NCBI GenBank assembly: GCA_964438405.1
Contig: CAYTKF010000003.1
Coordinates: 1-58,270 of the forward strand
DNA length: 58,270 bases
Direction: 5' to 3'
Source: an uncultured Candidatus Saccharibacteria bacterium
GTDB taxonomy: Bacteria > Patescibacteriota > Minisyncoccia > UBA9983
Under the pieces are notes generated by a model, which saw only the letters and a program-made list of their open reading frames with translations, did not search any database and was not told the DNA's origin. Every line of letters starts with the position of its first letter. Position 1 is the first letter of the stretch. Below are positions 56,513 to 58,270 of the stretch, in pieces. The position numbers and the translations under genes were made by a program.

Positions 56513-56540
56513 TTGACAGGAAAAATTAGGAGAGTAGAAT
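56513..56540 (+). promoter_or_regulatory. Sigma70 promoter upstream of the SAM riboswitch
   Basis: TTGACA-16nt-TAGAAT, preceded by TTATCCACA (56500-08). Confidence 0.7.
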
Positions 56541-56566
56541 GTAATTAGACAATTAAATAAGTGGTT

Positions 56567-56667
56567 TTATCAAGAGAGGCACGAGGGTTCTGGCCCGATG
56601 ACTGCCCGACAACCTGCCAATAAGTCCTTTGGCAAGGTGCCAAATCCAGCCCGCAAGGGAAAGATAA
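56567..56667 (+). ncRNA. SAM-I (S-box) riboswitch
   Basis: TTATCAAGAGAGG..GAGGG..TGGCCCGATGA..CCCG.CAACC...GGTGCCAAATCC...AAAGATAA matches the SAM-I consensus, with P1 TTATC/GATAA. Confidence 0.9.
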
Positions 56668-56757
56668 TTTGGCGATTTTTGTTTGCCAAGAATTAAAGAA
56701 CTCTTTCCCAGCGGAAGAGCTCTTTTACAATTGAAGAAAGTAGAAAGGAGAAAAGAA

Positions 56758-57336
56758 ATGAGCGAAAACTGGAAAGACATTCTTGAAGCAGTTCAAGGTT
56801 TTAAAGACAACAGAAAGGACCATTTTCCTCAGGCGGATAAAATGGTTGAATTTTTTAACCAAGTGTCTACGGAGAATTTAGTGGTTCATCTTGAGGAAAT
56901 TTTCCAACTTTTCAAGCAGTGGCCGTATAATCAACATGATGACGAGGCTCAGAACGCAATACAAATTGCCATGAGCAGATTGATTTGTCATTTGACACCG
57001 GACCGTCAGTTTGTATTAGTTAAGTTGGGGTTAAGGCATTTGGCTGAGGAGTTGGATTTTTCAGAATCCGACCTGAACGAAAGCGGAGTGCCGATTCCCA
57101 AATGGCTTCACCTGTGGAATATTTTTGCCACTTACAAATCATTGTTTAAGAATTATGTCCAAGTGAGACAATTGCGCTCTTTAGCAAAAAAACTCTGCGC
57201 AACGCACCCGTTTTTTAAAAACTACTATTTTATCTTTGACCAGTTGATTCTTGTTCCAGAAAGAATGAGGATGTCTCGACTGGAAAGAATCAAGTGGTTT
57301 CGTGAAATTAAGAAACCCAAATGGCTCATTTCTTGA
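56758..57336 (+). CDS. Hypothetical helical protein under the SAM riboswitch
   Basis: AAGGAG SD before ATG 56758; no family recognised. Confidence 0.7.
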   Translation: MSENWKDILEAVQGFKDNRKDHFPQADKMVEFFNQVSTENLVVHLEEIFQLFKQWPYNQHDDEAQNAIQIAMSRLICHLTPDRQFVLVKLGLRHLAEELDFSESDLNESGVPIPKWLHLWNIFATYKSLFKNYVQVRQLRSLAKKLCATHPFFKNYYFIFDQLILVPERMRMSRLERIKWFREIKKPKWLIS

Positions 57337-57354
57337 TATATTTTGTTCTTTTGT

Positions 57355-57380
57355 GGCACTCGAAAGGGTGCCTTTTTATT
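57355..57380 (+). terminator. Intrinsic terminator
   Basis: GGCACTC-GAAA-GGGTGCC followed by TTTTT. Confidence 0.82.
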
Positions 57381-57412
57381 TTTATCCACAGAACGATTTA
57401 TTGCCAAGCGGC

Positions 57413-57440
57413 TTGACAGGAATTTTTATAAGAATATAAT
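57413..57440 (+). promoter_or_regulatory. Promoter of the unlinked 23S rRNA gene
   Basis: TTGACA-16nt-TATAAT; DnaA box at 57382-90; boxA-like GAACTTTAACAA at 57565-76. Confidence 0.72.
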
Positions 57441-57764
57441 TGGAATTACAGTATGAGTAACATTATAAAAACCCAATATTTGAAGCGGAAAATCTAGCTG
57501 TCTTTTTTTGCGATGTGTCAGAATGTCCGCTTCTAAAAGGCGGATTTTTTAATCAGAATGAATAGAACTTTAACAATTTAGCAGGTAAAAAAGTAGAATA
57601 AGTATATAAATTTCCTAATAGGAAATTAAGGGCGTATGGTGGATGCCTAGACATCAAAGGGCGATGAAGGACGTGGCGTGGCTGCGATAATCTTCGGGGA
57701 GCTGCCAAGCGAGCTTTGATCCGGAGGTTTCCGAATGGGGCAACCCATCGTGATTTAATCACGA

Positions 57765-57848
57765 TACGCAGATTTGCGCAGATTTCTACGCAGATTCTCG
57801 CGGATTTTATCCGCGTTTATCCGCGCAGGCATCTGCGTTTATCTGCGA
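57765..57848 (+). repeat. Repeat-built intervening sequence in 23S (helix 10 region)
   Basis: Four CGCRGAT units followed by four inverted ATCYGCG units. Confidence 0.8.
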
Positions 57849-58102
57849 GTGAACCCGCTGAAGTGAAACATCTCAGTAAGCGGTGGAAAAGAGAATAAAA
57901 ATTTATTCCCCCAGTAGCGGCGAGTGAAAAGGGAAGAGCCCAAACCCCGATACTTTAGTATCGCGGGGGTTGTAAGATAATAACATCTATTTAATTAGGA
58001 GAGTCTATAAAATAAAACTTCGTTAGTTGAATCTTGCTGGAAAGCAGAGCCAGAGAGGGTAATAGCCCTGTAAGCGAAAACGGTTTTATGCTCTCAGTTA
58101 TT

Positions 58103-58139
58103 TGCGCCTCAACGGCGCATCTGCCGACGAGGCAGAATT
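58103..58139 (+). repeat. REP-derived insertion in 23S rRNA
   Basis: TGCGCCTCAACGGCGCA plus TCTGCCGACGAGGCAGA; matches the element at 40489-40544; flanked by ATT on both sides. Confidence 0.8.
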
Positions 58140-58215
58140 CTTGAGTACTTCGAAACATGATTGGTTCGGAGGAATCCGGGAGAACTAACTCCCAAGGCTA
58201 AATACCTTTGATGAT

Positions 58216-58252
<37 letters not shown>

Positions 58253-58270
58253 CAGCCCGGTGAGGGCGAT

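Noticed and set aside
56683-56757. Upstream start for the riboswitch-controlled gene
   Set aside because: It lies in the expression platform hairpin; the SD-supported ATG is at 56758.
55856-57390. Replication origin suggested by three DnaA boxes
   Set aside because: The boxes are single, 640-880 bp apart and each tied to a promoter. There is no dense cluster, no clear unwinding element and no dnaA/dnaN in the window.
57553-57898. ORFs 57553-57762 (-) and 57716-57898 (+) as IVS-encoded proteins
   Set aside because: They run through conserved 23S sequence and the repeat array. The IVS is only about 85 nt.

Overview
AT-rich 58 kb chromosomal segment. Gene content points to a Patescibacteria/CPR (Parcubacteria-like) bacterium using the standard code: a compact type IV pilus/competence cluster with comF and ligA, a short unshifted prfB, a stand-alone VirD4/HerA-like ATPase, class III RNR and weak Shine-Dalgarno use. 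This taxonomy is an inference. Housekeeping content: comF, pilMNO-pilB-RR-pilT-pilC, two major pilins, pilD, four minor pilins, ligA, yqeY-gatCA, prfB-ftsEX, rnj, secG, groES/EL, lemA/htpX, nrdDG, rplJL, a CsoR-CopA copper locus, 9 intact tRNAs and the 5' part of a 23S rRNA gene with no 16S upstream. The most interesting signals are small. (1) A convergent pair made of a BECR-like nuclease gene and a separately promoted, terminated three-way-junction small RNA, a candidate RNA-antitoxin (type III-like) system (55.9-56.5 kb). (2) A family of REP-like hairpins inserted into stable-RNA genes (D-loops of tRNA-Ser and tRNA-Lys fragments, 23S rRNA) and in frame into proteins, one linked to a GIY-YIG nuclease that duplicated the tRNA-Ser 5' end. 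(3) A RAYT-type Y1 transposase between 27-bp hairpin direct repeats, separating a dead pilD 5' stub from an intact, diverged pilD. (4) A PhcB-like methyltransferase plus 7TM histidine kinase operon, a candidate signal synthase/receptor pair. (5) A SAM-I riboswitch in front of a gene of unknown function. (6) Heptamer repeat arrays, DnaA boxes upstream of promoters, and leaderless promoters. Family assignments come from motif recognition only; no database searches were run.
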